Under the pieces are notes generated by a model. It did not search any database. It saw only the letters and a list, made by a program, of their open reading frames with translations, and was not told the DNA's origin. Position numbers and translations under genes: made by a program. A stretch of 64,000 nucleotides of DNA from Octopus bimaculoides. Its lineage: Eukaryota. The DNA is taken from the NCBI RefSeq assembly GCF_001194135.2, contig NC_068981.1:184255418-184319417 (forward strand), given 5' to 3'. Shown here piece by piece: positions 60,700 to 64,000 of the stretch (position 1 is its first letter; each line of letters begins with the position of its first letter).

Positions 60700-61984
60700 G
60701 TCTTGGCTGTCATCCTGGTGGTCTGCCTGAGCCATCTAGCCTGAAATTTTGGTGGAGGGGGCCAGTCGATTAGATCAACACCAGTATGCAACTGGTACTC
60801 AATTTATTGACCTCAAAAGGATGAAAGGCAAAGTCGACCTCAGCAGAATTTGAACTCAGAACATAAAGACAGATGAAATGCCACTAATGTTTCTGCCAGC
60901 TCACCGCCTTACTTAAATAATTAATGATACATTATACTGGTTTTCTTTGCTGTCAATTACTAAGAATGAATTAATCATTTAGCATTCAGATTACTCTGTC
61001 AAATGTAATCCTTATTTATCCACACTGTTTTGCATTAACCATGCATTATCTCATGGCTTTGAGATAGTGATTGTGTAACAGTGTGTGTGAAGGCCCATGG
61101 CTTAGTGGTTAGGGTATTCAATTCACCATCATGAGGTCATGAGTTCAATTTGTGGCGAGGTGTTGTGTCCTTGAGCAAGACACTTTATTTCCCATTGCTC
61201 CAGTCCACTCACCTGGCAAAACTGAGTAGTACCTGTATTTCAAAGGGCGAGCCTTCTCACACTTTGTGTCATGCTGAATCCCCTTCAGAACTACATTAAA
61301 GGTATGCATGTCTGTGGAGTGCTCAACCACTTGCATGTTAATTTCACGAACAGGTTGTTCCATGGATCAGATCAACTGGAACTCACGTCGTCGTAACTGA
61401 TGGAGTGCCAGTTTAATTTAAGTAATTACTCTACTCTTTTACATGTTTCAGTCATTTGACTGTGGCCATGCTGGAACACCGTCTTTTGTCGAACAAATCG
61501 ACACCAGGAAGAGATAAAGGTAACCCGAAAAGAGAAGGTAGTAGGTATGGGTATAGTGAGGGCAATTAGAGGTATTCAGACTGAAGAGATTTTATAAGTT
61601 GCAATGTTACAGGTGCTATTCTATATATGATTTTATAGTTTCTATTTTTTTTACCTGTCTATGATGTTCTACCCTACTGATCATATTATGTATATTTGTA
61701 ATAGTTTTTATGTAAGTAAGTCTCCTAATTATATACCCTCTAGAAGTACCTAATTCAACTGAATCTCAATTATTTCTTAACTCATCAACCAAACTTATAT
61801 ATAAAATATATATATGTATATATTGTTGTATTAGGGGATGGTTATTTTATTTATTTATTTATTATTTTTTTGCCAAATAAACACATGCTCTATATATCTT
61901 TTTTTTTACTTGTTTATTACTGTTATTTTTATTGTGTGTTCTTACTTCCCTTCCCCCATTCTCTAAGAATGGAGTCAGTGGAGC

Positions 61985-62570
61985 AAGAACACACACATGT
62001 GGCCTCTGTGTTGAGTCTGAGGCCATGTGGGAAGACAAATGGAGACATAACGTTGCCATCACTAGTGATCACTCTAAACACCATGATGTTGACTGGATGT
62101 TTGATTTTTATCACTCTTGGTACACATTTTGGAAGCATGGCAAGCCAACAGTTGTTCTGTGTGTTCACCACCTGAACCTGGCAAAAATGTTGTCGTATCT
62201 AAGAAGAACCAAAGCATATTCATTTGGAGGGAATGCTTGAGTTTGTTCAAAAGCTTCATCGCATAGTCTTTCCTCTTGTCCTTGATGGCTTAAGATAAAG
62301 ATTGGCTCTTTCTCACCCTGTATGAGGAATACTGAATGTCTTCATGCATCGCCTGCCTTATAAGAAACTCAGACACTCCCATGTCCCAGGCGATGGACTT
62401 GATTGATTAGGAGGGATTGTTGTCAATCATGGCCTTGATCTCACCAACAAATTCAGGAGTTCTTTTCTTATCAGAGCAATCAGAGTGGGTTTTCTGAGCT
62501 GCCGTACCTTCGCAATTACCATTAGACTCATCCAACTCTTTCTAAATCCTCTGCACTGTTGTTAGATTGA
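61985..62570 (-). mobile_element. Tc1/mariner (DD37D/maT-like) transposase relic
   Basis: Minus-strand KKRTPEFVGEIKAMIDNNP...DMGVSEFLIRQAMHEDIQYSSY...KLLNKLKH...WFFLD and KHPVNIMVFRVITSDGNVMSPFVFPHGLRLNTEA; stops and frameshifts present. Confidence 0.8.
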
Positions 62571-63204
62571 CACCCCATAACTTAGCAGTTCCGCAAAAGA
62601 AACTGATAAAATAAATATCATGCTTTAAGATAAAAAACAAAATAAGTACTGGGGTTGATTTGTTCAACTAATAATTCTTCAAGGTGATGCCCCAGCATGG
62701 CTACAGTCTAATAATTTAAACAAGTAAAAAAGAGAGAGAGGCAGACAGACAGAGAGACACAGACAGAGAGACACAGACAGAGAGAGACACAGAGAAAATG
62801 AGATTAACGTAAAAATGTCTAATATCAGATAATTCAGTGTCAAATCAGCGATTCCAAATAATCAGCGCCAAAGCAGCAGTGCCATCATTAACTTGCTCAT
62901 AATAAAAAAAAGCCATCAGCCATGTTAATGAGATTTCTGTCATTCATTATGAATGCATTCCACAAAAGGGTTACGTAAACGGATTCCTTTTGTTCTGTTT
63001 ACCAAATCTGATTGTGATATACGTGCAGAGATAAACATCAATATTGTGTTTCAATGACATGTTTCAGTTTAATTATTCTATGACACACTCTATTTCAATT
63101 CTTTTATCTACCTGTTTCTCAACCCAGAAATACAGTAATATTCCTGTTCTCGCCACTCCTTTGCTGTTATCAACCACAAAGGACACTTTTTGGGTGCATG
63201 CGTG

Positions 63205-63245
<41 letters not shown>

Positions 63246-63301
63246 NNNNNNNNNNNNNNNNNNNNNNNNNNNNNNNNNNNNNNNNNNNNNNNNNNNNNNN
63301 N

Positions 63302-63364
<63 letters not shown>

Positions 63365-64000
63365 GTATATATTTGTGTGTGTGTATGTGTGTATGGTTCG
63401 TAGATGAGAATCAGATATTCTCCATATAGAACACACTTAGTAGTGCTCATAAGGTTTAAACTTGAGCAGGTAGAGGAGTAAATGTAAGGATAAGCATGTT
63501 AGGCAGGTCAATATACAAAGTATATTAAATACATGAAATACAAAAAATTGTAATATATGTTTACATACAAAAGGGTTCGATTTGCACAGAACAGAAATGA
63601 TATTGAGAATTAAAGGAGTTGAAGAAAAGTATTACAAATCTGGGGGTCTCCATGATCCAAAATAATGTTTGTAGATTGATTCCATCATTGGATGAGATGA
63701 GCCTCCATCATCAGGGAAGAGATCTTACATATGGAGTGTTGAAAGAAAGATCAAGGATATACATATACATACATACATCATCATCATCGTTTAACGTCCG
63801 CTTTCCATGCTAGCATGGGTTAGACGATTTGACTGAGGACTGGTGAAACCGGATGGCAACACCAGGCTCCAGACTAATTTGGCAGAGTTTCTACAGCTGG
63901 ATGCCCTTCCTAACGCCAACCACTCAGAGAGTGTAGTGGGTGCTTTTACGTGTCACCTGCACGAAAACGGCCACGCTCGAAATGGTGTCTTTTATGTGCC

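Noticed and set aside
8099-63450. Long ORFs of 230-350 aa in the ORF track (for example 8099-9055, 13853-14870, 58128-59184)
   Set aside because: They consist of N gaps translated as X plus microsatellite or SINE sequence.

Overview
AT-rich, microsatellite- and SINE-dense eukaryotic DNA with 9 assembly gaps. The repeat families look like those of an octopus or other coleoid cephalopod (inference). One protein-coding gene runs on the minus strand: a GPCPD1/GDE5-type glycerophosphocholine phosphodiesterase (N-terminal CBM20 plus GDPD domain). I reconstructed it by hand from 15 phase-compatible GT-AG exons plus one candidate 30-nt microexon, from the ATG at 33745 down to 473. The last coding exon and the non-coding first exon are unresolved. 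The rest is intron or upstream sequence filled with tRNA-derived SINEs, fragments of RTE, CR1, R4/Dong and Penelope-like elements, Gypsy RNase H and mariner transposase relics, and several MITEs. Two observations stand out. (1) Several 150-370 bp fold-back elements and Penelope-like remnants carry minimal type-I hammerhead ribozyme motifs, one structurally complete (10231-10319, + strand) and two nearly complete on the pre-mRNA strand. (2) A GG-terminated MITE family occurs three times, each copy with a perfect 8-bp target-site duplication (Merlin-like), and the two fully sequenced copies have a (CCCTAA)n-(TTAGGG)n telomeric palindrome at their core. All alignments, translations and pairings were done by eye; no searches were run.
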